Shown: in pieces, positions 10,368-19,560 of the stretch
Numbering within the stretch: the first letter of the stretch is position 1
How the letters are laid out: each line of letters opens with the position of its first letter
NCBI GenBank assembly: GCA_963711565.1
Contig: CAVQEQ010000003.1
Coordinates: forward strand, 800,001 to 864,000
Length of the DNA: 64,000 bases
Origin: an uncultured delta proteobacterium
Lineage (GTDB): Bacteria > Desulfobacterota > Binatia > Binatales > Binataceae
Direction: 5' to 3'
Position numbers and translations under genes: made by a program
Notes under the pieces: model-generated
Databases searched by the model: none
What the model was told of the DNA's origin: nothing
The model's input: only the letters and a program-made list of their open reading frames with translations

Positions 10368-11048
10368 ATGACTAACCAATCGTCTTCCGCATCCGCTCAG
10401 GGCCTTGGCCGCAGAGAAGCGCACAAGTCGATCGGGCGCAGCCTGGCGATCAACGCGCTTTGCCCCTTTCTGCTCTATCGCATTCTGGAGTCCCACTTCC
10501 CGGCAAACAGCCTGATGCCGCTTCTATATGCGACGATCTTTCCCGTCATCGGGCTGATCGTCAGCCTGGCTCGCAAGCGCACTGTCAACGCCATCGCGAT
10601 CCTCGTGATGGTGGGACTCACACTCCACATCGTCGTCACGCTGCTTGCCCCCAACGTCGGCGTCGCGCTCGTGGTCCGCTCGCTCGACGGCGCGCTCATC
10701 GGGCTCGCATTCGTCATCTCCGCGTTGATTGGCCGCCCTATCCTTCTGTTCGTCGCGAAGCAGGCCGTCGCCGGGGCCGGTGCTGAAGGTGCGGCGTTAC
10801 TCAACAGGATGAACGCCAAAGACGGGGCGCGTGCGTTTTCCACGATCACGATGGTATGGGGCATCGCCCTGATGGCGATGAGCATGGTGCACGTCGTGCT
10901 GGCTCTGAAGCTGGCGCCCGCGGAGTTCCTGCTCGTCTCGCCGGTCGTCGGCGTCGTGACGATTGTGGTGCTTCTTGCCTGGACGGCGCGGTATTTGGCG
11001 GCGCGCCGGAGTCCAGTTCAGACGCCGGCGATCCGCGCGATGTCGTGA
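10368..11048 (+). CDS. VC0807-like membrane protein
   Basis: Six hydrophobic segments; SALIGRP and ITMVWG motifs. Confidence 0.7.
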   Translation: MTNQSSSASAQGLGRREAHKSIGRSLAINALCPFLLYRILESHFPANSLMPLLYATIFPVIGLIVSLARKRTVNAIAILVMVGLTLHIVVTLLAPNVGVALVVRSLDGALIGLAFVISALIGRPILLFVAKQAVAGAGAEGAALLNRMNAKDGARAFSTITMVWGIALMAMSMVHVVLALKLAPAEFLLVSPVVGVVTIVVLLAWTARYLAARRSPVQTPAIRAMS

Positions 11049-11097
11049 AAGTCTACGGCGGTTCGTCCGTCAAGCACGCGTAGCAGAGAGAGGATCA

Positions 11098-12978
11098 ATG
11101 AACAGAAGATCATTTTTGAAAACAATCGGATCGGCGGCGCTCATACCGATTTTGCCGCGCCGCCTGTTTGCGGCGAGTACGAGTTTCAGCCGACGCCGAC
11201 CTTCCGATGCGACGTGGCCATCGCAGGCGGCATGGAAGCAACTCAACGATGCGGTCGGCGGAAATTTGATTCCGGTCGAGTTTCCCCTTTCAGCATTGAA
11301 AACAGATCCTGACGGCGCCGCCGCCAAGCTTCTCATGGACAACATCCGAAATCCTTATTACGTCGGCGATCAACCGGGGCTCACGGAGACCCTGGGATGG
11401 GTCGATGCGTGGGCCACCAAGCCAAGCGCTTACGCGGTCGCGGCAAGAAATGCCCAGGACATTGCAGCGGCGGTGAATTTTGCCCGCGAAAATGACTTGC
11501 GCCTGGTAGTAAAGGGCGGCGGCCACAGCTACCAGGGCACCTCCAATGCGCCTGATTCGCTCCTGATCTGGACGCGGCACATGAACCAGATCGAGATGCA
11601 CGACGCATTCGTCCCGAATGGATGCGAGCATGCTATGCAACCGCAACCAGCGGTGACGGTGGGCGCTGGGACGATCGGGATGCAGGCATACGACGTTGTT
11701 ACGACCAAGGGTGGTAAGTACGTTCAGGGCGGAGGATGCACGACAGTATGCCTGGGCGGACTGGTTCAAAGCGGCGGCTTTGGGAGCTACTCGAAGCACT
11801 ACGGCACCGCCGCGGGAAGTTTGCTGGAAGCCGAAGTAGTCACCGCCGACGGCCAGATTCGTATCGCGAATGCATGCACCAACCCCGACCTGTTCTGGGC
11901 GCTGAAAGGCGGCGGTGGCGGTACCTTCGGCGTAGTGAGCAAGATGACGTTGCGCCTGCATGATCTGCCCGAGTTCTTCGGCGCCGCCGGTTTCACAGTC
12001 AAAGCGGCGTCCGATGATGCCTATCGGCGCCTGATTCGCAAGTTCGTGAGCTTCTACCACGACCATCTCTTCAACGACCATTGGGGCGAGCAGGCCCACG
12101 TCAAGCCCGACAACACGCTCGAGATCAGCATGACCTCCCAGGGATTGGACGCCGATCAAGCGAAAAAGACCTGGCAGCCGTTTCTCGACTGGGTCGCGAA
12201 TTCGACGAACGAATGTTCGATTACGGGACGGGTGAATATCGGATGCATACCGGCGCGACACTGGTGGGACGTGCAATGGTGGAAAGAGCATTGGCCTGAA
12301 ATCGCTTTCCCGAATCCCAATGGCAGTCACCTAATCGGGTTGCTTGACTACGGCCTCGTACACCTGATTCCGCAGCCGCTCTTCAACTTCGACAATCGTC
12401 CCGGCGCGGGACCCAACAACGCATGGTGGAAGGGCGACGGTGGCCAGGTCGCCTGGTTCATCTGGGGTTACGAGTCGCTATGGTTGCCCGCGTCGCTGCT
12501 CGAGAATGACGCGCAGGATCGTCTCGCCGACGCGCTGTTTGCGAGCTCCCGGTATTCAGGTCTCGAACTGCATTTCAACAAGGGACTGGCAGGAGCGCCG
12601 CCCGATGCGATCGCCCTGGCGACAGACACCGCAACCAACCCCGCGGTGCTGACCGCCTTCGCTCTGATGATAGTAGGCAACGCCCAAGGACCCGCGTATC
12701 CGGGAATCCCCGGTCATGAGCCATCCGTCGATAAAGGCCGGGAAGCTGCGAAGCGCGTTGATCGATGCGTAGATCAACTCCGCGCGCTCGTGCCAAACGG
12801 TGGCGCGTACGTGAGCGAGAGCAATTACTTCGAGAAGGGATTTCAGCAAGCATACTGGGGAAGCAACTTCGCTCGCCTCGCCGAGGTCAAAAGGAAATAC
12901 GATCCGGATGGGCTGTTCTTCGTGCATAATGGGGTTGGCTCGGACCAGTGGAGCACGGACGGCTTCACGAAGCTGTGA
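11098..12978 (+). CDS. Tat-exported FAD-binding oxidoreductase (BBE-like)
   Basis: MNRRSFLK Tat signal, GGGHSY, DLFWALKGGGGG, C-terminal YWG..LAEVKRKYDP. Confidence 0.93.
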   Translation: MNRRSFLKTIGSAALIPILPRRLFAASTSFSRRRPSDATWPSQAAWKQLNDAVGGNLIPVEFPLSALKTDPDGAAAKLLMDNIRNPYYVGDQPGLTETLGWVDAWATKPSAYAVAARNAQDIAAAVNFARENDLRLVVKGGGHSYQGTSNAPDSLLIWTRHMNQIEMHDAFVPNGCEHAMQPQPAVTVGAGTIGMQAYDVVTTKGGKYVQGGGCTTVCLGGLVQSGGFGSYSKHYGTAAGSLLEAEVVTADGQIRIANACTNPDLFWALKGGGGGTFGVVSKMTLRLHDLPEFFGAAGFTVKAASDDAYRRLIRKFVSFYHDHLFNDHWGEQAHVKPDNTLEISMTSQGLDADQAKKTWQPFLDWVANSTNECSITGRVNIGCIPARHWWDVQWWKEHWPEIAFPNPNGSHLIGLLDYGLVHLIPQPLFNFDNRPGAGPNNAWWKGDGGQVAWFIWGYESLWLPASLLENDAQDRLADALFASSRYSGLELHFNKGLAGAPPDAIALATDTATNPAVLTAFALMIVGNAQGPAYPGIPGHEPSVDKGREAAKRVDRCVDQLRALVPNGGAYVSESNYFEKGFQQAYWGSNFARLAEVKRKYDPDGLFFVHNGVGSDQWSTDGFTKL

Positions 12979-13017
12979 GGAACGTCGCCGATGCGCGCGC
13001 GTCCGAGGACATAAAGC

Positions 13018-13761
13018 ATGACCGAGTGGTACGAAGACGACGAATTCTGGGAGAGCTTCGCGCCCTACTTCTTCACGGCCGGCAGGCTCGAGAGCTCAGG
13101 CGCGGAGGCTGACGAACTCGTCAAGCTGCTCGGGGTCGCGCCGGGCGGCAGCGTGCTGGACCTATGCTGCGGCGTCGGACGGCATTCGATCGCGCTGGCG
13201 CGGCGCGGATTGGCCGTGACGGGAGTCGATCGCACGCGCGCATTTCTCGACCGCGCGGAAGTCAGCGCGCGCAAGGAAGGGGCGAGCGTCGAGTGGGTTC
13301 AGGAAGATATGCGCGTGTTCAAGCGATCGAACGCCTTCGACGGCGCGATCAACTGTGTGACTTCGTTCGGCTACTTTGCCGACCCGGCCGAGGACCTGCT
13401 CGTTGCGCGAAATCTCCACGAGTCGCTGAAACCGGGGGCGCGACTTGTGATCGAAATGATGGGCAAGGAGATTTTAGCCCGCGACTTCCACGAGCGGACC
13501 TGGGAGCGATTGCCCAACGGCGCGATTCTGCTGCAGGAGCGCAAACTCAGCAGCGGATGGGACTGGCTCGAGAGTCATTGGATTGTTGTCGGGCAGAAGC
13601 GGCGGATGGAACTGACCTTCTCGAGCCGGCCCTACTCGGGCGCCGAGATTAGGGAAGTGCTGAAGCGAGCGGGCTTCAGGGAAGTGGAACTATTCGGCAG
13701 CTTGAGCAGGTCGCCGTACGACAATCGGGCATCGCGACTGGTGGCCGTCGCGACGAAGTAG
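13018..13761 (+). CDS. Class I SAM-dependent methyltransferase
   Basis: VLDLCCGVGRH, TSFGYF, LKPGA. Confidence 0.92.
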   Translation: MTEWYEDDEFWESFAPYFFTAGRLESSGAEADELVKLLGVAPGGSVLDLCCGVGRHSIALARRGLAVTGVDRTRAFLDRAEVSARKEGASVEWVQEDMRVFKRSNAFDGAINCVTSFGYFADPAEDLLVARNLHESLKPGARLVIEMMGKEILARDFHERTWERLPNGAILLQERKLSSGWDWLESHWIVVGQKRRMELTFSSRPYSGAEIREVLKRAGFREVELFGSLSRSPYDNRASRLVAVATK

Positions 13762-13764
13762 GAA

Positions 13765-13800
13765 CCTCTCCCCCAACCCCTCTCCCTTCAGGCGAGGGGA
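13765..13800. repeat. CCTCTCCC-type palindromic repeat between convergent genes (possible terminator)
   Basis: cctctcccccaacccctctcccttcaggcgagggga. Confidence 0.5.
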
Positions 13801-13831
13801 GCCGGAACGGGCCATTTCAGGAAAAGAAGAT

Positions 13832-14425
13832 TTACCAATAGCGGACGCGGCCGGTGTCTACGTGCACGAAGTCGCTCTTCGGGTAGTAGCCGACGCCGCC
13901 CGAACGCTGCGCGAGCGCGGCGCCCCGGAGCTGCTCCAGACTTCGTCCCGGCACCGAAATGTCGATCGCCTTTCCTTCGATATGGAGGCTGTGAACGGCG
14001 ACGCCTTCGCTGTTCGCATGGAGCATCGCGTTGGTGAGCGGCGACCGGTATCCGGAAATCACTTGGAACGGTTCGTTCGTGCTGAGCCGATACTGGATTC
14101 GCGTGAGCAAATCGAGCAGCGAGGGATCGATCGGCTTTACTTCGTTGGCGCGGAAATCGCGCAGAACATAGTTGACGCGATCAAGTTCCTCGGGAATATA
14201 GCGGCCATTCTCCCAGTAAGTCGTGGTCAGGCTTTCTCCCGTGTGCAGGGCGTAGAACTTGAGCGAGCGGCGTCGAAGCTGAACTGTAGTGCGAGCCATC
14301 GCGACCGCGGGCACAACGAGCTGCGCCGCGGCCACCGCGCTAATGCGGAGGAACCGCCGCCGCGATAAGTCCGCGGGACGCGTGGATTGCGACTGTGACT
14401 GCTCCCTCAACTTTCGTCGCCGCAA
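13832..14425 (-). CDS. YcbK/DUF882 family peptidase M15 with Tat signal
   Basis: SRRRFL, LHTGE, ISGYRSP, SLH, GGVGYYP, FVHVDTG; start uncertain. Confidence 0.92.
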   Translation of the reverse strand: MRRRKLREQSQSQSTRPADLSRRRFLRISAVAAAQLVVPAVAMARTTVQLRRRSLKFYALHTGESLTTTYWENGRYIPEELDRVNYVLRDFRANEVKPIDPSLLDLLTRIQYRLSTNEPFQVISGYRSPLTNAMLHANSEGVAVHSLHIEGKAIDISVPGRSLEQLRGAALAQRSGGVGYYPKSDFVHVDTGRVRYW

Positions 14426-15458
14426 TAGTACCTGCTGGCGCTCCCCCTGCGAGCTCCGACGCGGCCGTCACGTCGCGCGCGATTCCATCCTGATCGGTGA
14501 CAACTTTCCCGGCCCGATTCCAGTCGATTAGACTATCAACCCCGGCGGCCTGCGCAAGGGCCCTGACCCCGCCGATTCCACCGGTGCCTCTACCGTAAAT
14601 GTCCTTCTCGCTCTCGAGGAAAATCCGTCCGTCGTCGAGTTGGGCCAGCATCAAGGGCAGGTAAACGGTTTCGCCGCGGTCATCCAGATCGACGGCATTG
14701 AACAGCGCCTCGATATTGTCGGGACGCAACCGCACGCAGCCATGGGTCACGTCGCTGTACACGGTCGCGGGATGATTGGTGCCGTGAATCCCTACGATTG
14801 GGAAACTCAGGCCGATCCAGTATTTGCCGAGCGGGTTGTTGGGCCCGGGACCGATCGCGCCGACGTGCCTGCCCTCCTCTTCCCCTTCCCGCTGAATCGA
14901 CGCGGGCGGACTCCAGCTCGGATTTTCCTGCATCTGGATCACCGTGAACGAGCCGATCGGTGTCTGCCATTGCTTGCCGGGTTGCCCGACGGCGACCGGA
15001 TACGCCCCGCTCAACTTGCCCTCTTCGAAATGAAAGAGCATCCGCTGTGGCAGGTTGACCTCGATGAAATCGGATTCTTCGGGAGGAACGATGTGACGAT
15101 TGTCGATGTGAATCGTGTCGCCGGCATGGAGTCGATCGGTGACCTGCTGGTCGTTGTCGCCGGCAAGTATCGCGGCGCTCTCACCGAATCGCGAACCGAG
15201 ACTTGTAAAAGAGTCGCGCGCCTCGGCGATGACATCGAATTCGCCGCCGACGATCTGATGCGCAATCGGCGGGAGCATCGCGGCGGGCGGTTCGACGATT
15301 GTCGCGGCAGGCGGTGGCCTTGCTTCCGACAATGGAGCAGGCGTTGCGTTTGGGCTCGCCTCGGCCAGGACAGATGCGCTCGATGCGCCGGCAGTGAGTG
15401 CGCACGAGAGGAACGCTACGACGATCGCGCGGTTCAGAGTTTGAATTGAAGTTGTCAC
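14340..15458 (-). CDS. L,D-transpeptidase (ErfK/YbiS/YkuD) with LysM-like region
   Basis: YPVAVG, TPIG, PGPNNPLG, IHGT, HGCVRL. Confidence 0.9.
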   Translation of the reverse strand: MTTSIQTLNRAIVVAFLSCALTAGASSASVLAEASPNATPAPLSEARPPPAATIVEPPAAMLPPIAHQIVGGEFDVIAEARDSFTSLGSRFGESAAILAGDNDQQVTDRLHAGDTIHIDNRHIVPPEESDFIEVNLPQRMLFHFEEGKLSGAYPVAVGQPGKQWQTPIGSFTVIQMQENPSWSPPASIQREGEEEGRHVGAIGPGPNNPLGKYWIGLSFPIVGIHGTNHPATVYSDVTHGCVRLRPDNIEALFNAVDLDDRGETVYLPLMLAQLDDGRIFLESEKDIYGRGTGGIGGVRALAQAAGVDSLIDWNRAGKVVTDQDGIARDVTAASELAGGAPAGTIAATKVEGAVTVAIHASRGLIAAAVPPH

Positions 15459-15566
15459 CCTTCAATGGTGACCGCTATTGAACGCCAGCGCGAAGGCAGT
15501 TCGTCCGCAAGGGGTCTTGTCGGGACGCTAATGTCGCTATTGAACGCGAACAGAGATCGAACGCGC

Positions 15567-16373
15567 CTATTTCCGCATTTTCTTCAGCGCTTGATCGACC
15601 CCCGGCATTCGCTTGGGGAGTTCTTTGCCTTGCATCCTGGCCACTACGCCGCCGATGCCGAGAACCATGTGATGCGAGTGGGCGTTGCGAATCGCGGTGC
15701 TGAAGCCCATCGCGTCCTGCGCGGAATTGACGGCCCACTTGACCATCCGCAGCGTGAACCGGTCGCTCTCCGCGATTCGATTCGCGAGCGCCATCGTTTC
15801 GGTTTCGAGCTCGGCGCGCGGCACCACCAGGTTGACGAAGCCGAGGCGGGCGGCTTCTTCAGCGTCGACGAAGCGGCTCTGGAAGAGAATTTCCTTGGCC
15901 TTGCGCGGCGGCATGTCCCACGGAATCGAGAAGTACTGCAGGAGCGAAGGCAGGAACTTGGCGTCGTCGGAAGCAACGACGAGATCCATCGCGGCCGCGA
16001 ACATCCAGCCGCCGAAGATGCACAGGCCCTGCACCTGCGCGATGGTGGGCTTGTCGAGGTCGCGCCATCGCAGCGTGTTGTCGAGGAACATCTGGCGCGA
16101 GCGGGAGTACTCGCCGCGCACGCCCTTGGGGAACGGGCGTCGCTGTTGGTCCTCTTTTTCCTCGGACGTGCCGAGGTCGTGGCCGGAGCAGAAATTGTCG
16201 CCGGCGCCGGAGAGAATGATGACGCGGACGTCGTCGTCGGCGTTGGCCTCGGCGAAGGCGGCGTCCATCTCCTCGAGCAGACGCCGCGATTGCGCGTTCT
16301 TGTAGCGCGGGCGATTGAGGATGACCTTGGCGATGCGGTCGTGCTTTTCGTAGAGAACTGGTTTTTCTTCCAT
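15567..16373 (-). CDS. Enoyl-CoA hydratase/isomerase family protein
   Basis: LNRP..KNAQ, FCSGHDL, KPTIAQVQG. Confidence 0.92.
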   Translation of the reverse strand: MEEKPVLYEKHDRIAKVILNRPRYKNAQSRRLLEEMDAAFAEANADDDVRVIILSGAGDNFCSGHDLGTSEEKEDQQRRPFPKGVRGEYSRSRQMFLDNTLRWRDLDKPTIAQVQGLCIFGGWMFAAAMDLVVASDDAKFLPSLLQYFSIPWDMPPRKAKEILFQSRFVDAEEAARLGFVNLVVPRAELETETMALANRIAESDRFTLRMVKWAVNSAQDAMGFSTAIRNAHSHHMVLGIGGVVARMQGKELPKRMPGVDQALKKMRK

Positions 16374-16447
16374 TGCGATGCGTCCTGATTGAGCGGCGGT
16401 GGACTTCTCTCCGATTACATAAGAAGAGCGGCAAAGAAAAGGACCGG

Positions 16448-16477
16448 GATTCTTCGCCGCAGCGGCTCTGAATGACA
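16448..16477. repeat. GATTCTTCG..GAATGACA small palindromic repeat-like half element
   Basis: Resembles a widespread intergenic repeat type; single copy in this window. Confidence 0.3.
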
Positions 16478-16549
16478 GGGGGCGGGCTTGCTTGAGATTC
16501 GACCGGTTGGATACGGTCACAATCATCTTGGCCAAGGCGGTGCGAATTC

Positions 16550-17941
16550 ATGGCGCTGTGGAAACCCGATCAAACATTTTACCCGTCGGCGCGAATGGCG
16601 ATGCAGGCGCCGCGCGAACAGCTCGGCTACGTCGTCACGTTCAATCCCACGCCGGCGAATGGAAAACATGACGCGTTGTGCGTGCTCGACCTCGATCCGA
16701 AATCGAAGACCTACTCGCAAGTCGTCGGACGCGCCGAAGTGCCGAACACCGGCGACGAGTTGCACCATTTCGGCTGGAACGCATGCAGCGCCGCGCTGTG
16801 TCCATATGCACCGCATCCTCATATAGAGCGGCGTTACTTGCTGGTGCCGGGCCTGCGCTCGTCGCGGATTTATGTTTTCGATACGAAGCCCGATGCGCGC
16901 AGTCCGAAGCTGGTGAAAACGATCGAGCCCGAGGAGATCGCGTCGCGCACGGGATACAGCCGGCCGCATACCGTTCATTGCGGCCCCGACGCGATTTACG
17001 TCAGCGCGCTCGGCGACCCGAAAGGCGACGGACCGGGCGGAATCTTCCTGCTCGATCACGAGAGCTTCGACGTGCTTGGGCGATGGGAGGTCGATCGCGG
17101 GCCGCAGCGGTTCGCGTACGATTTCTGGTGGCATCTCGGCTGGGACGTCGCGGTCACGAGTGAATGGGGCACGCCGAATATGATCGAAAACGGCGTCGTG
17201 CCCGAGCTGCTGCTCGGCAACAAGTACGGCCACGCAATTCACATCTGGAATCTGCGCAACCGGCGCCATCTGAAGTCGCTGGACCTCGGCGCCGAGAATC
17301 AAATGGCGCTCGAGCTGCGGCCGTCGCACGACCCGACCAAGACCTACGGCTTCGTCGGCGTCGTGATCTCGACCAAGGATTTGTCCGCGTCCATTTGGCT
17401 CTGGCATCGCGACGGCGGCGACTGGAAAGTTCGCAAGGTGATCGAAATTCCCGCCGAGCCGGCCGACGAAAGCCTGCTGCCGCCAGCGCTCAAGCCGTTC
17501 AAGGCGGTGCCGCCGCTGATTACCGACATCAACCTGAGTCTCGACGATAAATTTTTGTACGTCGCATGTTTCGGCACGGGCGACCTGAAGCAATACGACG
17601 TGAGCGATCCGTTCAAGCCGAAGGAGACCGGCAGCGTGCGGCTGGGCGGAATCGTGTCGCACGGAAAGCATCCGAAGAGCGGGCCGCTGAACGGCGCGTC
17701 GCAGATGATCGAGCTGAGCCGCGACGGGCGGCGGGTATACATGTCGAACTCGCTCTACGGGGCGTGGGATGCGCAGTTCTATCCGGAGGGCGTGCGAGGC
17801 TGGGTCGCGAAGATCGATTGCGCGCCGGCGGGCGGAATGACGGTCGATCCGAATTTCTTCACAACCTTCGACGGCGAACGTCCGCATCAGGTTCGCCTCG
17901 AGGGCGGCGACTCGTCGTCCGACTCATTCTGCTATCCGTGA
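16550..17941 (+). CDS. Selenium-binding protein SBP56 / methanethiol oxidase-like
   Basis: GDELHHFGWNACS, PHTVHC, YDFWW, SEWG, WDAQFYP, GGDSSSD; no signal peptide. Confidence 0.92.
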   Translation: MALWKPDQTFYPSARMAMQAPREQLGYVVTFNPTPANGKHDALCVLDLDPKSKTYSQVVGRAEVPNTGDELHHFGWNACSAALCPYAPHPHIERRYLLVPGLRSSRIYVFDTKPDARSPKLVKTIEPEEIASRTGYSRPHTVHCGPDAIYVSALGDPKGDGPGGIFLLDHESFDVLGRWEVDRGPQRFAYDFWWHLGWDVAVTSEWGTPNMIENGVVPELLLGNKYGHAIHIWNLRNRRHLKSLDLGAENQMALELRPSHDPTKTYGFVGVVISTKDLSASIWLWHRDGGDWKVRKVIEIPAEPADESLLPPALKPFKAVPPLITDINLSLDDKFLYVACFGTGDLKQYDVSDPFKPKETGSVRLGGIVSHGKHPKSGPLNGASQMIELSRDGRRVYMSNSLYGAWDAQFYPEGVRGWVAKIDCAPAGGMTVDPNFFTTFDGERPHQVRLEGGDSSSDSFCYP

Positions 17942-18574
17942 CGTCCGCGTGGCCGTGGATAGCGGTCGCGGCGCTCGGCGCGTATCACGGAATCGATCCG
18001 TCGATGGGCTGGCTGTTCGCGGTGGCGCTCGGGCTGCAGGAGCGGCGTCGCTCGAAGGTGATATGGGCGCTCGGCCCAATCGCAGTTGGTCATCTCGTCT
18101 CAATCGCGGCGGTCGTCGCGATCATCGGAGGACTGCGGCTCTTCTTTGCGATCGATCTGCTTCGCCCAATTGGCGCCGGCGCGCTGATCCTGTTCGGTCT
18201 GTTTCGCTTCATCTGGCCGCGCGCACATCCGCGCTGGGTTGCGATGCGGGTGAATGCGGCCGAGCTGGCGCTGTGGTCGTTTCTGATGGCGTCGGCGCAC
18301 GGCGCGGGCCTGATGCTGTTCCCGATACTGATCGGGATGACGCCGAACACCGCGCACGCGCATCAGATGGCCGCATTTTGCGGGACGAATACGATCGCGC
18401 AAGCGATAGCGGTCGTGCTGGTGCATACGGGCGCGATGATCGCGGTGACGGGCGCAATCGCGATCCTGGTTTACGAATGGGTCGGCCTAGCGATCCTGCG
18501 CAGCGCCTGGATCAACCTCGACACAATCTGGCCGGCGCCTGGTCGCCGCAGGAGTCCTATCGCTGGCGATCTGA
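17938..18574 (+). CDS. Membrane protein coupled to SBP56; frameshifted near 18530-18540
   Basis: GAYHGIDPSMGWLFAVALG, ASAHGAGLM; GTGA overlap; restoring two bases gives WAGALVAAGVLSLAI* (TGA 18572-18574). Confidence 0.8.
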
Positions 18575-18597
18575 GGGGTGACGTCTTTGCCCGAAAG

Positions 18598-19560
18598 CTA
18601 ACCGCGCATCCGCTCTCTCGGGCCTAGAAATCGATCGCCGTTGTAGTGGATCAGATGTTCTGGGAGATCAGCGATCCAGACCTCAGTGTCCCAAGCGATC
18701 GTGTTGGTATGGCGGCGAAATTCGGTCATGTCCGGGAATGCCGAAACGTAGATCAATCCAGCGGGACAGTTGGCCAGCATCAATTCGAGCTCAAGCACCC
18801 GTTTGCTAGACATCGGCCCATGCGACGTTACGGCCTCGACCAGGAAGAGCCAGTTCCGCTTTTTGTCGTAAATGATCACGTCCGGAAGCTTGTCATGCTC
18901 AGTTATAGGAATGCCGAGCGTCTTCAACATCTGACTATCGACATGGAGGTTCTTCTTCGCCGTATCGCCGAGATACAAGAGTCTGGGGTCTTCGGCGAAG
19001 CGCGTTGCAAATTGTTCAACAATGGCTTTCTGTAGCTCGTTATGCGACCCCGGCGAGAGGTTGACCACTCCTCCATCTGGAAACCGGACTGGAATCAAAC
19101 GTTTTGAACGGCGTCTCTGATAGATCTCGATCAGCGAGGTGCGACCGGACAAAAATTTCGCGAGCGCTGGCTGCCACTGGGACGTTCCGAAGGTCTTGAT
19201 AGCGTTCAGCGCGGCTTCAGATACTGCATAGTGGGAATGGGGACTGTTGGTTGCTAGGTTTGGCTCGAAAGGATTGTGTTCTGCGACTCCCGCGAGAACG
19301 AATTGATGTAAGACTTGGCGGCGTATTGTTTCTCTTGTGTTCGCCGCATACGCGACTCGGTATTTCTTTTCTCGGACGAAGTCCATGATGCCCTTGGTGC
19401 CAGAGCGACGATCACGGCTGGCCTTCGACCAGGCATCATTGACTGCTATTCCGCAGAGGGCCAAAAGCGTAAGGGCAGAAATCTGATTTTGCTGCGATCC
19501 GGGGAGCCCGAACGCTTTTAGAATTGCCTGAGCTTGTGCGATCTTTTCTGACTTTTTCAC
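18598..19560 (-). CDS. BsuBI/PstI-family type II restriction endonuclease
   Basis: YAANTRETIRRQVLHQF, LSPGSHN, HDKLPD, EAVTSHGP, IAWDTEVW, HYNGDRFLGP. Confidence 0.93.
   Translation of the reverse strand: MKKSEKIAQAQAILKAFGLPGSQQNQISALTLLALCGIAVNDAWSKASRDRRSGTKGIMDFVREKKYRVAYAANTRETIRRQVLHQFVLAGVAEHNPFEPNLATNSPHSHYAVSEAALNAIKTFGTSQWQPALAKFLSGRTSLIEIYQRRRSKRLIPVRFPDGGVVNLSPGSHNELQKAIVEQFATRFAEDPRLLYLGDTAKKNLHVDSQMLKTLGIPITEHDKLPDVIIYDKKRNWLFLVEAVTSHGPMSSKRVLELELMLANCPAGLIYVSAFPDMTEFRRHTNTIAWDTEVWIADLPEHLIHYNGDRFLGPRERMRG

Noticed and set aside
14340-14425. 86-bp same-strand overlap of the L,D-transpeptidase and YcbK genes as a special feature
   Set aside because: The YcbK start is uncertain and the overlapping tail is low-complexity; there is no evidence of function
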